The notes: a model not told the origin generated them from the letters alone. Counted from the first letter of the stretch, positions 18,701 through 28,649 are shown. The stretch is 56,204 bases of DNA from a virus (IMGVR_UViG_3300017417_000001:1-56204); one strand, 5' to 3'. Made by a program: numbers and translations.

Positions 18701-19798
18701 ATGCCGCTCGCGATTCCCACGCTCGCCGAGACCCGGGTGCTCAGCCGCGACGCCGTCATCGAGGCGCTGCGCGTCGGCGCGCTGCCCGGCAACTGCCCGG
18801 CCGGCATCCTCGCTGACGACAACGGCGCGCTCGCCTTCTTGGTCCTGCAGTACATCGCGCGGCAGGCGCAGGAGTACCTGCCGGATCAGGCCGGCGAGCA
18901 GATGCTCCAGCGCTGGGCCGACATCTTCCTGCCGGGCGGGCGGAAGGCCGCAACCTACGCCGTGTTGACCGCGACCCTCTCCGGGCCGGCCGGTACGGTG
19001 GTGCCGCAGGGGACACAGTTCTCGCTCGGGAACATCCTGTTTCAGTCCACCGCCGACGCCACGCTCGGCGGCTCGGCCGTGGCTACCTCGCTCACCGTGC
19101 GTGCGCTCACCGCTGGCATCGTCGGCAACCTCGATACCGGGACCAGCCTCTCGCTCATCATCGCGATAGCGGGGGGCACCGCCGCGGCGACAGTGACCGG
19201 CATCGCGAGCTATGGCGTCGACATCGAGAGCGTCGACAGCCTCCGCGACCGGGTGCTGTTCCGGATCCGCAAGCCGCCGATGGGCGGCGACGCAGACGAC
19301 TATGTGGCCTGGGCGCGCGAGGTTCCGGGCGTGACCCGGGCTTGGGCTGCGCCCCACGAGGTGGCGCTCGGCACCGTCACTATCCGATTCATGATGGACG
19401 ATCTTCGCGCCGCGCTCGGGGGCTATCCGATCCAGTCCGACTGCGATGCCGTGGCGGCCCACATCGCCACCGTCCGGCCGGTCACCGTCTCGGACATTTA
19501 CGTGGTCGCCCCGGTCCCGCAGCCGGTGAATCTCGCAATCAGCAACCTGTCCCCGGACACGCCGTCCACTCGGGCGGCGGTCCTGTCGAGCTTGTCGGCG
19601 ACGATCAAGCAGCGAGCCGCGCCGGCTCGGGCTGTCAACGGCCGGTTGGTGCCGGCGCAGACGATCTACGCGGCCTGGCAGTCAGAGGCGATCTCAGCGG
19701 CCGAAGGTGTCGACTACTTCGACCTGTCGGCCACCGACGCCGTGATGTTGAACGGAGGCCGCATGGCGACGCTCGGTTCGGTGACATTCGGTGCCTGA
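18701..19798 (+). CDS. Baseplate wedge protein, Baseplate_J / Mu gp47-like
   Basis: 365 aa. RDRVLFRIRKPPMGGDADDYVAWAREVPGVTRAW is the classical Baseplate_J motif. Confidence 0.88.
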   Translation: MPLAIPTLAETRVLSRDAVIEALRVGALPGNCPAGILADDNGALAFLVLQYIARQAQEYLPDQAGEQMLQRWADIFLPGGRKAATYAVLTATLSGPAGTVVPQGTQFSLGNILFQSTADATLGGSAVATSLTVRALTAGIVGNLDTGTSLSLIIAIAGGTAAATVTGIASYGVDIESVDSLRDRVLFRIRKPPMGGDADDYVAWAREVPGVTRAWAAPHEVALGTVTIRFMMDDLRAALGGYPIQSDCDAVAAHIATVRPVTVSDIYVVAPVPQPVNLAISNLSPDTPSTRAAVLSSLSATIKQRAAPARAVNGRLVPAQTIYAAWQSEAISAAEGVDYFDLSATDAVMLNGGRMATLGSVTFGA

Positions 19799-20573
19799 TC
19801 AGTTCGTCCGGCGCTCGGCCGACGATTATGCAGAGGGGCTTTCCGACCTGCACCCGGTCGGACCGGCCTGGCCGCGCACCGAAGCGCCCGGGCCCGACGA
19901 CGTCACGCCCCGCGGCGACGATGAGGCTCTATCGGATTTGACCCGCGGCCTCGCGAAGGTCTGGGGCGATAAGGTCGATGCCCGCGCGGCCGACCTGCTC
20001 TTCATCGAGACGGATCCGCGGCAGACCTACGAACTGCTGCTGGACTGGGAACATGCGTTCGGCCTACCGGATCCGTGCAGCACCGAGGCGCCGAACCTCG
20101 CCCTCCGGCGCGAGGCACTGATCCGCAAGCTGACGATGGTCGGCCGCCAGGACCGGCAGTTCTTCGTCGATCTGGCGACGAGCCTTGGGTACCAAATCCG
20201 CCTCTACGAGTACCGGCCGGTCGTTTGCGGTGAAACCCGCTGTGGCGACACGCGGCCGACAGGGCACCTCGCTTACACCTACGCGCGATGCGGTGTCGCT
20301 CGATGCGGCGTCGACCCCATCCTGAAAATCGACCTCAGCGGCGGCGATGACTGGGTCTGGCGCCTCGGCGCCCCGAACATCCGGTTCATCTGGCGCATCT
20401 CGATCCTCAACACCGCTCTGCGTTGGCAGCGCGGCGGCGTCGCCGAGTGCGGCGTCGATCATCACTGCGAGTTCGGCCTCGCTACCGACCTTGAGTGCGT
20501 GATCCGGCGACTGGCGCCCGCGCACACCCAGGTCCTTTTCGATTACTCACAGGTGGCGATCGGCAATGGATAG
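19791..20573 (+). CDS. Baseplate/tail protein, Mu gp48 / DUF2313 (P2 gpI-like)
   Basis: GTG start. The patterns YAEGLSDLHPVGPAWPR and LLDWEHAFGLPDPC are typical of DUF2313. Confidence 0.8.
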   Translation: MPDQFVRRSADDYAEGLSDLHPVGPAWPRTEAPGPDDVTPRGDDEALSDLTRGLAKVWGDKVDARAADLLFIETDPRQTYELLLDWEHAFGLPDPCSTEAPNLALRREALIRKLTMVGRQDRQFFVDLATSLGYQIRLYEYRPVVCGETRCGDTRPTGHLAYTYARCGVARCGVDPILKIDLSGGDDWVWRLGAPNIRFIWRISILNTALRWQRGGVAECGVDHHCEFGLATDLECVIRRLAPAHTQVLFDYSQVAIGNG

Positions 20574-21702
20574 GCTCCCTCCGTTCGACAAGATTGGCGC
20601 ACAGCCGGTCCCGGATTTTCAGAACGCCGACCCGGCGAGCTCCAATCCAGGCTCGATCGTCAACGCTCTAATTTTCAACCAACTGCAGCGCGAGGGCGTC
20701 AACCTCGAACTGCTGGCGGGCCTGACACCAGATAGCGCTAACCTCTTCCAGTGGACGCAGGCCGTCTCGCGCGGGGGTATCTGGGTCGATGAACTGACTG
20801 GGACCGGTGATCTCGCGGTGGCCTCCTTGGATGCCGTCCTACCGGCGCTCCTGCGAGGCATGCGCATCGGCGCCGTCGCCACGGCCGCCAACACGGTCAC
20901 GAACCCGAAGCTGCGGGTGATGAACCTCGGTTCGACCGGCGCCTCTACAGATTTCCCGATCCTTAATGAGGACGGATCGGCGCTGTCGGTTGGGTACATC
21001 AAGGCAGGCCGCCGCTACCGGTTCGAGGCCGATGGCGCGGGCAACGTGATGATCACCGGGGGGCTCGGTGCGAGTGACGTGAAGGCGATCGCCGTTGCCG
21101 CCCAGCCTCGCAATGAGATCGCTTTCGCTTCGACGCAGAACTGGACGGTGCCAGCCGGTATCACCCAGGTCTTCGTCGAAGAGTGGGCCGGCGGCGGCGG
21201 CGGCGGCGGCTCCTCGGGCGCACAGGGCATCGGTACCGGGGGGGGCGGCGGCGAGTACCGTCGTGGTCGGTTCGACGTGACCCCGGGTCAAGTCATCGGC
21301 GTCACGGTTGGTCCGGGCGGCGCGGGCGGCAATGGGGGCGTCGGCGGGAACGGCGGCACGACCTCGTTTGGGGCCTTGATGTCGGCCATGGGCGGCGCAG
21401 GCGGCGGGTTCGGTAATAATGTGGCTTCCGGACAGGTAACCCCTGGCGGTTCCGGCGGGGCTGGAGGCTCAATCAGCTTCCCAGGCGTCGGCGGTGGCTT
21501 CGGTCAGAACGGCACTGCCAACGGCATCGCGACCTACGCCTCGGGCATTGGCGGATCTTCCCCGCTCGGCGGGGCCTCGCCCGCGATCAACGTCAACTCT
21601 GCCGGCGGCCCCGGGCTTTCGCCGGGGGGCGGCGGCAACGGCGGCTGTATCGGCAACGTCGGCGGCAACGGTGCCAACGGCCTCATCATCGTGCGTTTCT
21701 GA
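20566..21702 (+). CDS. Tail fibre protein with glycine-rich C-terminal domain
   Basis: 378 aa directly after the baseplate genes. The C-terminal half is rich in GGxGG motifs (WAGGGGGGGSSGAQGIGTGGGGGEY..GPGGAGGNGGVGGNGGTTSFG). Confidence 0.7.
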   Translation: MDRLPPFDKIGAQPVPDFQNADPASSNPGSIVNALIFNQLQREGVNLELLAGLTPDSANLFQWTQAVSRGGIWVDELTGTGDLAVASLDAVLPALLRGMRIGAVATAANTVTNPKLRVMNLGSTGASTDFPILNEDGSALSVGYIKAGRRYRFEADGAGNVMITGGLGASDVKAIAVAAQPRNEIAFASTQNWTVPAGITQVFVEEWAGGGGGGGSSGAQGIGTGGGGGEYRRGRFDVTPGQVIGVTVGPGGAGGNGGVGGNGGTTSFGALMSAMGGAGGGFGNNVASGQVTPGGSGGAGGSISFPGVGGGFGQNGTANGIATYASGIGGSSPLGGASPAINVNSAGGPGLSPGGGGNGGCIGNVGGNGANGLIIVRF

Positions 21703-21710
21703 GGACTGCC

Positions 21711-22172
21711 ATGACCCGCTACTGCTTGATCCGCGATGGCAAGGTCTTCGAGGTCTTCGAGGCCGAGCCGGCATTGCACCCGTCCCTGGCCCTGGTCCCC
21801 ACCGACGACGAAGGCGTCACCGCGGGCTGGTCCTACGACGGAGAGACGTTCGCTCCGCCATCGCCGAAGCCTCTGCCTGCTCCGCCGGTGCCCGAGGCCA
21901 TCTCGGATCGGCAATTCTTTCAGCAGCTCGCAGTCGATGGCGACATCAGCCAGGACGATGCACTGGCCGCTGTGCAGACCGGGACGCTTCCGAAGAAGCT
22001 GTCCAACGCTATCGGCGAACTGCCCGCCTCGCAGCAGTTCTCCGCCAAGATGCTGGTGTGCGGCGCGACTGAGTTCCATCGCTCGAACCCGATGGTGCCA
22101 GTCCTTGGCCAGGCACTGGGCAAAGACGCGGTGGCGCTCGATGCGCTGTGGTCGGCGGCTTCGGCTCTCTGA
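21711..22172 (+). CDS. Putative tail fibre assembly/chaperone-like protein
   Basis: 153 aa following a fibre gene. The N-terminus (IRDGKVFEVFE...GWSYDGETFAPP) resembles Tfa-type proteins. Confidence 0.45.
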   Translation: MTRYCLIRDGKVFEVFEAEPALHPSLALVPTDDEGVTAGWSYDGETFAPPSPKPLPAPPVPEAISDRQFFQQLAVDGDISQDDALAAVQTGTLPKKLSNAIGELPASQQFSAKMLVCGATEFHRSNPMVPVLGQALGKDAVALDALWSAASAL

Positions 22173-22179
22173 GGGTTTC

Positions 22180-22575
22180 GTGACCCAGATCCTCAACCTG
22201 CCGCTCCTGTCGTTCGCGGTCACCATCGCGAACAACGAGGACTGGACCGATTCCTGGGCGTATCTCGACGCCTCCGGCAATCCGATCTCGCTGGCCGGTC
22301 TGACGCTCACGATGATGCTGCGCACACGCGCCATCGATCCGACGGCGCAGATCATCGCATCAAGCATCTCCGGCGCCGTCAACGGCATGCCGCAGAACGG
22401 GTCGGTCTCGTCGGGAGGCGTCGGTCTGAACGTGGTGGCGCTCGCGATCCCGAAGGCGACCGTCGCGCGGCTCGCCCCCGGGGACTACGTGTTCGAGGTG
22501 CAGGCGTCTGGTGACAGCCTGACCCGAACCATCGCCGCCGGCCCCGTCACGATCCAGCCGGGAGTCGTGCGATGA
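22180..22575 (+). CDS. Hypothetical fibre-locus protein
   Basis: GTG start, 131 aa, with a beta-rich composition. Its end overlaps the next gene by 4 nt. Confidence 0.55.
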   Translation: MTQILNLPLLSFAVTIANNEDWTDSWAYLDASGNPISLAGLTLTMMLRTRAIDPTAQIIASSISGAVNGMPQNGSVSSGGVGLNVVALAIPKATVARLAPGDYVFEVQASGDSLTRTIAAGPVTIQPGVVR

Positions 22576-24251
22576 TCACCAGCGATATCATCGTCGTCCG
22601 CCCGGCCGCGCAAAACGTTGCGCCCGGCGTCGCGCTGCCCGCCGGACCGCAGGGAGTCCCGGGCAAGGACGGCGCTCCCGGCTCTCCCGGAGCCTCTGGG
22701 CTCCCCGGCACACCAGGTGCCCCGGGGCCGACCACTATCGCGGGGCTCACCGACGCCTCGGACCAGTTCAAGGCCCTCAACGTCCCCGGAGCTGCAGATC
22801 AGCGAAAGGCAATGGGGGCGGCTGCGGCGAACGACGCGTTCCTCACCGGTCAGACACAGACGAAGGATCATGCGGTCGACGCGAAGCAATCGTTCAGCCT
22901 GACACCGACCGCTCAGCCCGCGCCTTTCGCTGCGTCGCGAACCCTTACCGGCTCGATTGGTGGCGGCGGTCTGAGCGCGGCGGAAGTCATCGACATCGTC
23001 ATGAACTCCGGGGGGACGGAGACCGGGTACAATCGCGCGAAGCTGTCCTCCTACCGAGGCGCTTCAGCGACCGCGGGAGCGGGCGACATCGGCGTCGACA
23101 ACCAGTGCCTGACCGAGCAGTCCGGGCACAATGGCCACTGCCTGGTTGACGAGTTCAATCTGAACACGGTCGACACCTACCCGGCCCCCGACGCAGCCGG
23201 CGCCGGACCGATCAAGGCCTTCAATTATTACGCGGGCATCGGCGGGAAGGTTCAGGCCATCTGGCTCGTGAACCTCAATGGCGGCACGCTCAACCCGTAT
23301 CGCGGCATGGGGATCTACGGGGGAGCACTCCGGGGGCCCGTAATCGAGGCTCAGGGCGCGTCCCACTTTGCTTATCTCGGCGGGACCTATACCTGCGGGA
23401 TCGATACCCGGACGGCGACGATCACGACCCCCACCTACTTTCTGCGCCAAGGGCAGGTGATCGCATGGGCGACCGCTGCCAATGTGCAGGGGCCGTCGAT
23501 CCTCACCAACGCGGGTGACACGCTGATCCTGACGGCCGCCAGCGGCATCGCCGTCGCGAACACGATCTCCGGCACCGATGGGACGCAGAACCTCGGGCTG
23601 TCGAACATCCCGTTCAACAACCTGTACATCAAGAACAACCCGATCGTCGGCTCGGACGCCAAGCTCAAGACTGCGCCGCAACCCCTGCCGGCCGCGCTCC
23701 TGGCCGCCCTGCGCGAGATCGATGTCGTCTGGTTTCAGTACCTCACGGCCGTCGCCGAGAAGGGCGAGGATGCGGCTCGCCAGCACGTCGGCGTCATCGC
23801 TCAGCAGGTTGTGGCCGCGTGCGAGAAGCACGACGTTGATGCGTTCCGGTGGGGCTTTATCGGCAAGGATGCCGACATGGCGCCGGTCACGAAGGTCCGG
23901 AAGGTTGAGCGCGGCATCACCGACACCATCACGGAGACGGTGGTCGAGGAGACCGAAGTCGACGGGCGGTTCGTTCAGCAGCGCGTCGAACGGACTCGCG
24001 AAGACCCCCGCATGGTCCCCGTTCCGGTGGTCGATGCGGACGGCAAGCCGGTGATGGTCCGATCCCTGAAGGACCCGCTCCACCCAGAGGTGGGCAAGGG
24101 CGACGAATTGGTCCCAGATGTGCGCTGGCGCCAAGCCACCGAGACGGTGGACGAAAGCTACGTCGTCGATGAGCCGACCGGAACCTTCACGCTCAGCGTC
24201 CGCTACGAGCAGTTGGCGATGGCGATGATCGCCGCCCTGCGCGCGGCCTGA
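22572..24251 (+). CDS. Tail fibre with collagen-like repeats and C-terminal S74 intramolecular-chaperone domain
   Basis: The G-X-Y run GPQGVPGKDGAPGSPGASGLPGTPGAPGP spans about 22644-22730. The S74 signature is VGSDAKLK..L..IDVVWFQY...HVGVIAQQV, with the cleavage Ser near 23652. Confidence 0.85.
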   Translation: MITSDIIVVRPAAQNVAPGVALPAGPQGVPGKDGAPGSPGASGLPGTPGAPGPTTIAGLTDASDQFKALNVPGAADQRKAMGAAAANDAFLTGQTQTKDHAVDAKQSFSLTPTAQPAPFAASRTLTGSIGGGGLSAAEVIDIVMNSGGTETGYNRAKLSSYRGASATAGAGDIGVDNQCLTEQSGHNGHCLVDEFNLNTVDTYPAPDAAGAGPIKAFNYYAGIGGKVQAIWLVNLNGGTLNPYRGMGIYGGALRGPVIEAQGASHFAYLGGTYTCGIDTRTATITTPTYFLRQGQVIAWATAANVQGPSILTNAGDTLILTAASGIAVANTISGTDGTQNLGLSNIPFNNLYIKNNPIVGSDAKLKTAPQPLPAALLAALREIDVVWFQYLTAVAEKGEDAARQHVGVIAQQVVAACEKHDVDAFRWGFIGKDADMAPVTKVRKVERGITDTITETVVEETEVDGRFVQQRVERTREDPRMVPVPVVDADGKPVMVRSLKDPLHPEVGKGDELVPDVRWRQATETVDESYVVDEPTGTFTLSVRYEQLAMAMIAALRAA

Positions 24252-24300
24252 CGCTTCTCCACCCTCCACTCTCTCAACCTGCTCGCCGGGAGCCTTCCGC

Positions 24301-25005
24301 ATGCCTGCTGGCTCCGGCCAAACCGCCGTGATCGACACCGCCGACTGGCGCCTCATCGCGCCGATGAAGTGCCCGCTGAACCTGTCGGGCTCGCGGCTGA
24401 CGGCGACGATGACCTGCGCGTTCGGCGGGCCGGCCGCAGCCGAGATCGACAGCCGGGACGGTTCGATCTCCTGGGTTGCCGATCCGATCACCGGGCTCAG
24501 CACCGCGGTGATCATCATCGTGCCGAAGGCGGCCCGGGGCGACTGGCGGGCGATCGGGGCGAGCGGGCAGGCCGCGGCGGTCACGGTGGCGTTCGACATC
24601 CATCGTACCCTCGCCGGATCGCCCGCGGATGAATGGCTGGGCCGCTCGTCGGTCCTAGTGCTGCCAGCGTCCGATTCCGAGCTCGTCTTAGCCAGTTTCA
24701 GCACGCAGCCGATCCTAATCAACAAGCAGCCAGCAGGCAGCATCCTGCTGCCAGCGCTTCAGACCGGGCCGCAGGGGCCGATCGGACCGCCCGGGCCCGC
24801 AGCAGGTGGCGCTGGCAGCGCCCAGGTCTTCGCCCAGGCCACGCCCGCCGCGACCTGGGTCATTCCGCACGGCTTCGCCCGGCGACCGCTAGTTACCGTC
24901 TACGACGCATCCGGGGCCGAACTACTCGCCGATGTCGTGGCCGACGCGATCGCCGCCACCGTCACCTTTGCCCAACCCACCGCCGGCTCGGCTGTGCTCG
25001 CCTGA
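24301..25005 (+). CDS. Fibre-locus protein with short collagen-like stretch
   Basis: 234-aa ORF containing GPQGPIGPPGP and a beta-rich C-terminus. Confidence 0.6.
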   Translation: MPAGSGQTAVIDTADWRLIAPMKCPLNLSGSRLTATMTCAFGGPAAAEIDSRDGSISWVADPITGLSTAVIIIVPKAARGDWRAIGASGQAAAVTVAFDIHRTLAGSPADEWLGRSSVLVLPASDSELVLASFSTQPILINKQPAGSILLPALQTGPQGPIGPPGPAAGGAGSAQVFAQATPAATWVIPHGFARRPLVTVYDASGAELLADVVADAIAATVTFAQPTAGSAVLA

Positions 25006-25015
25006 GGACTGAACC

Positions 25016-25813
25016 ATGACGAAGAAGGTCACGAACGGCCTCGACCTCCAGGGCCAGCGGATCCAGACCGTTGGCTCACCATCAGCGGGCACCGACGCGG
25101 CGAACCGCGACTACGTCGACAACGTCGCCCGGGGGCTTTCCTGGAAGCAACCAGTCCGGGTTGCCTCAACCGGCAACATCTCGCTCTCGTCCCCGGGCAC
25201 CACGCTCGACGGCGTGACGCTGGCGATCAACGACCGGATTCTGCTGAAGAATCAGACCGCGGGCGCCGAGAACGGCCTCTACGTCTGGTCCGGCGGAACC
25301 AGCGCGCTCGTGCGCGCCACCGACGCCGACACCGGCACCGAGCTGCAGGCCGGCACCTCCGTCACCGTCACTGAGGGCACGACCAACGGCGACAAGGTCT
25401 TCATGATCGTGTCGGATGGCGCGGTCACGATCGGAACCACCGCCACGACGTGGTCGCAACTCGGCGGTGGCGGTCAGACCTACACCGGCGGCAATGGCAT
25501 CAGCGTTTCCGGTGCGGTCATCTCCGGCGTCGTTAAGCCCTCGGGCGGTGTCTTGCTCGACAGCACCGGCTTCTCGCTCGACACCTCGATCGTCGCCCGG
25601 AAGATCTCCGGCAACGTCGGCAACGGCACGCTCACCTCGATCGACGTCGCCCACAACCTCGGCGTCGGCAACGACCTAGTCGTCTCGCTCAAGATCGCCA
25701 GCACCGGTGAGGAGGTGATCCCCGACTACGTCGTGAAGGACGCCAACACGATCACGCTGCTGTTCCCGACCGCTCCAGCGGCGGGCTTCTACCGCGCGAC
25801 CGTGATCGGCTGA
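25016..25813 (+). CDS. Tail fibre protein (conserved fibre N-terminus)
   Basis: VTNGLDLQGQRIQTVGSPSAGTDAANRDYVDN is the widespread N-terminal motif of phage fibres. 265 aa. Confidence 0.75.
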   Translation: MTKKVTNGLDLQGQRIQTVGSPSAGTDAANRDYVDNVARGLSWKQPVRVASTGNISLSSPGTTLDGVTLAINDRILLKNQTAGAENGLYVWSGGTSALVRATDADTGTELQAGTSVTVTEGTTNGDKVFMIVSDGAVTIGTTATTWSQLGGGGQTYTGGNGISVSGAVISGVVKPSGGVLLDSTGFSLDTSIVARKISGNVGNGTLTSIDVAHNLGVGNDLVVSLKIASTGEEVIPDYVVKDANTITLLFPTAPAAGFYRATVIG

Positions 25814-25817
25814 GCCC

Positions 25818-26270
25818 ATGTCGCGGAAAGCTGTGGGCGGTATCGACAACCAAGGGCAGCGCCTGCGCGGCGTGGCGACGCCTACCGCGACCGACGATGG
25901 CGTCCCGCGATCGTTCATCCGCTACGACATCGGGTTCGCCTGCACCGGCAAGCCGGCGGCGGGTGAAGTGATCGGCGTCTTCCTCGCGCCGGTGGCCTTC
26001 ACTCTGCCTGCCAACCTCGCTGGCAGCATCGCCCGCGCCCTGACTCCCGCAGCCGCCAGCGCCGCCTGGACACTGACCCAGATTCCGACCGGCTCGACCA
26101 CAGAGACGACGATCGCCACGCTGACCTTTGCAGCGAATGGAACGCTGGCGACTTTCTCGAGCCAGGCGGCGATCAGCGTCGGGGCGGGTGACATCCTCCG
26201 CCTCAAGGCACCCGCGAGCCAGGACGGCACGCTCGTCGACATCACCTTCACCTTCGTGGGCGTGCGCTAG
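25818..26270 (+). CDS. Fibre-locus protein (shares the N-terminal motif with the previous gene)
   Basis: GGIDNQGQRLRGVATPTATDDGVPRSF parallels LDLQGQRIQTVGSPSAGTDAANRDY in the previous gene. Confidence 0.6.
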   Translation: MSRKAVGGIDNQGQRLRGVATPTATDDGVPRSFIRYDIGFACTGKPAAGEVIGVFLAPVAFTLPANLAGSIARALTPAAASAAWTLTQIPTGSTTETTIATLTFAANGTLATFSSQAAISVGAGDILRLKAPASQDGTLVDITFTFVGVR

Positions 26271-26271
26271 C

Positions 26272-27138
26272 GTGGCCCGAATCTTCAACGCCGCAACGGG
26301 GCTGCGTCCAACCGGCTGGGCGATCAGCCGCGCCTCGGTCGGCACATACATCGACAGCACGGGCGTGCTCCGCACCGCGGCGGTGAACACCGAGCGGGTC
26401 GATTACACCTATAACGGCACCCTGCTCGGGCTTGCCGTCGAGGCGGCCCGGACCACCATTATCCCGTCGCGTTACAGCAACCCGCTGTATGGAACGGTTG
26501 CGGCCTCCCTGACGCAGGGCCAGGCGGATCCGGCCGGCGGCACGCTCGCCGCCCTATTCACGCCTCAGAACAACACGGGCGCCCGCGCCGGCATCACCAA
26601 CGGCGTGAACGCCACTGGTGGCCTGGTCTATCGCCTGTTCATGCGGGTGAAGGCGAAGGACGCGGCCGACATCGGCAAGCGCTTCAGCCTCTACTTCTAT
26701 AACAGCGCCTTTGCCGGGACGATCAGCTTCACACTGACCGCGAACTGGCAGACCGTCTCAACGACGCTGAATTACAGCAGCGGCACGATCTACCCCAACA
26801 TGCCGGGGTCCGAGGTCGGGACCAACGATCTCGCCAACATGTACGTGTTCGGCGGCGAGCTTAAGGCCGGTGCCGACGCACTCGACAGCTACATTGACAC
26901 AGGCACCAACGCGACCGGCAGCCGTGCCGCTGACGCTTACTCGTTCACGCTGGCAAGCGGCGCTTCAGCGCTCACCTATACCTTCGACGACGGCTCCACC
27001 CAAGCCATCTCGGGGCTGACCGGCGGCTCGACCTACACCATCCCGACGAGCCTCAACCGCTCGCGGGTGATGTACATCGACGACAACGCGGGCGCGATCA
27101 TTGCCCGCCGCCGCCCGCTGATCCTGATGGCGTCCTGA
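26272..27138 (+). CDS. Putative receptor-binding / lectin-fold fibre-locus protein
   Basis: GTG start, 288 aa. The pattern RASVGTYIDSTGVLRTAAVNTERVDYTYNG..LGLAVEAARTT is seen in phage host-specificity proteins. Confidence 0.6.
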   Translation: MARIFNAATGLRPTGWAISRASVGTYIDSTGVLRTAAVNTERVDYTYNGTLLGLAVEAARTTIIPSRYSNPLYGTVAASLTQGQADPAGGTLAALFTPQNNTGARAGITNGVNATGGLVYRLFMRVKAKDAADIGKRFSLYFYNSAFAGTISFTLTANWQTVSTTLNYSSGTIYPNMPGSEVGTNDLANMYVFGGELKAGADALDSYIDTGTNATGSRAADAYSFTLASGASALTYTFDDGSTQAISGLTGGSTYTIPTSLNRSRVMYIDDNAGAIIARRRPLILMAS

Positions 27139-27151
27139 GAGCGAGGCCCGG

Positions 27152-27754
27152 ATGATCTGTCCGCGATGCGCCGGGCTCGGGCCGGCGATGCTCGCGCCGT
27201 TCCAGGGGCCGCCGGGCCCGCGGGGGCTTCAGGGTGAGCCCGCAATCGCCCGCGGCTTCGGGGCCGTCGATTACAGCGACCTTGACGCGGTGACACTCGA
27301 CGCGAACGGCGACGTCATCAGCGGCACCTCGATCACGATGGCGGCCAACGCCTGGACGCGGGTGGTGCGCCGGGCCGCGGCCTCGCCGAGCAACGCCAAC
27401 TTGCCGAGTGGGCCCTGGGCTGGGTTCGAGTTTTGGGACGGTGCCCTATTGCGCGCCCGGGCCGCCGGCGACGGCTACCTCTTCAAATTTGCTTTCAGGG
27501 TTCGCCCCTACCAGCGCGATGGCGCGATCCGGTTCGCCGTGCGCCCGGCCGGGGACCCGGCCTTCGACTTCGGGCCGGACGCCACGACGCTGACTGTCGA
27601 TGCCAGCGATGTGGAGTTCGGCAGCCGGACCTTCTTCGAGCAGGTCCGACCGCGGTTCGCGACGGCGGGCGCCGAGATCCACGTCTTCAGCACCACGGGC
27701 GGCGAGCTGCTGGAGTTCAGCCCGGAGGTCGCGCCGTTCTTCAGCAAGTCGTGA
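27152..27754 (+). CDS. Fibre-locus protein with short collagen-like segment
   Basis: 200-aa ORF with GPPGPRGLQGEP near the N-terminus. Confidence 0.55.
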   Translation: MICPRCAGLGPAMLAPFQGPPGPRGLQGEPAIARGFGAVDYSDLDAVTLDANGDVISGTSITMAANAWTRVVRRAAASPSNANLPSGPWAGFEFWDGALLRARAAGDGYLFKFAFRVRPYQRDGAIRFAVRPAGDPAFDFGPDATTLTVDASDVEFGSRTFFEQVRPRFATAGAEIHVFSTTGGELLEFSPEVAPFFSKS

Positions 27755-27762
27755 GGCCCACG

Positions 27763-28131
27763 ATGAAGCGTGTCGGCTTCGATCCGCGCTGCGGCGCCCT
27801 GACGATCATGGGGGGCGAGTCGTACTTCCCCGGGGCGCTGATGGCCGAGGCCGACGGCGATGGCATGATCCGTCTGCAATCGTGCGCAGGTCGGGTCGAG
27901 CTATACGTGCCGTGGCCTGAGATCGCGAACCTCGCGGGCGAGACCTTCGCGAGCGAGAACGATGCGCTCGCCTATCTGGCTGTCGAGTGCGCGAAGCAGC
28001 CAGCCCGCGCCCCGGGCCCGCGCGGCCCTGGGATTTTCTCCGGCACCGGCGATCCGGATGCCGCCTTCGGTCTAACCGGTGATCTCTACCTCGACGCGCT
28101 CACCGGCGACATCTTCATCAAGGAGAGCTGA
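27763..28131 (+). CDS. Fibre-locus protein ending in a GDLYLD..TGD cassette
   Basis: ATG at 27763, 122 aa. The C-terminus reads GPRGPGIFSGTGDPDAAFGLTGDLYLDALTGDIFIKES. Confidence 0.55.
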   Translation: MKRVGFDPRCGALTIMGGESYFPGALMAEADGDGMIRLQSCAGRVELYVPWPEIANLAGETFASENDALAYLAVECAKQPARAPGPRGPGIFSGTGDPDAAFGLTGDLYLDALTGDIFIKES

Positions 28132-28132
28132 C

Positions 28133-28297
28133 ATGGCGTGGTCGAAGCTGAGCAACCTCAAGGGCCCAAAAGGCGATCAGGGGCCGCGCGGTGTGTCGTG
28201 GTTCACCGGCACGGGGGCCCCGGGCACGGTCGCCAACTCGCAGGCCGGCGACCTCTACCTCGATCTGTCGACCGGTGACGTCTACGTCCTCTCCTAA
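28133..28297 (+). CDS. Small fibre-locus protein (MAWSK..NLKGP N-terminus, GDLYLD..TGD C-terminus)
   Basis: 54 aa: MAWSKLSNLKGPKGDQGPRG...AGDLYLDLSTGDVYVLS. It shares one cassette with each neighbour. Confidence 0.5.
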   Translation: MAWSKLSNLKGPKGDQGPRGVSWFTGTGAPGTVANSQAGDLYLDLSTGDVYVLS

Positions 28298-28306
28298 GGT
28301 TCGACG

Positions 28307-28612
28307 ATGGCCTGGTCTAAGATCGGCAACCTGAAGGGGCCGGGCGCGCTCGTCGTTCTCGGCACGGTCACGATCAGCCAGACCGCGACCCTGGCCATCG
28401 CTGCCGGTATTCGGACGATCAGCGTCAACGTGCCGGGCCTGGCCGCCGGCGAGAACGTGATCCTGCAGCCGACCTCAGCGCTGCCGGCGGGCTACCTTCT
28501 CGGCCTGCCCGTGGCCCGCGCCGGCATTCTAGACGTGCCGGTGTTCGCCCCGGCCATGGTCATCAACGCCTCGTACTCGATCCCGGCGCGCGTGCTCGCC
28601 GTTCGGCCGTGA
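28307..28612 (+). CDS. Small fibre-locus protein (MAWSK..NLKGP N-terminus)
   Basis: 101 aa. The N-terminus MAWSKIGNLKGP matches that of the preceding ORF. Confidence 0.55.
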   Translation: MAWSKIGNLKGPGALVVLGTVTISQTATLAIAAGIRTISVNVPGLAAGENVILQPTSALPAGYLLGLPVARAGILDVPVFAPAMVINASYSIPARVLAVRP

Positions 28613-28649
28613 CGCCGGCCGCCTGACCCGTCCACCACCGGAGCCGACC

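Noticed and set aside
22572-28612. A possible diversity-generating retroelement or invertible shufflon in the fibre locus, suggested by the repeated cassettes.
   Set aside because: No reverse transcriptase or invertase gene is present anywhere in the genome. The shared cassettes are diverged rather than forming near-identical template/variable pairs. I saw no flanking inverted repeats.
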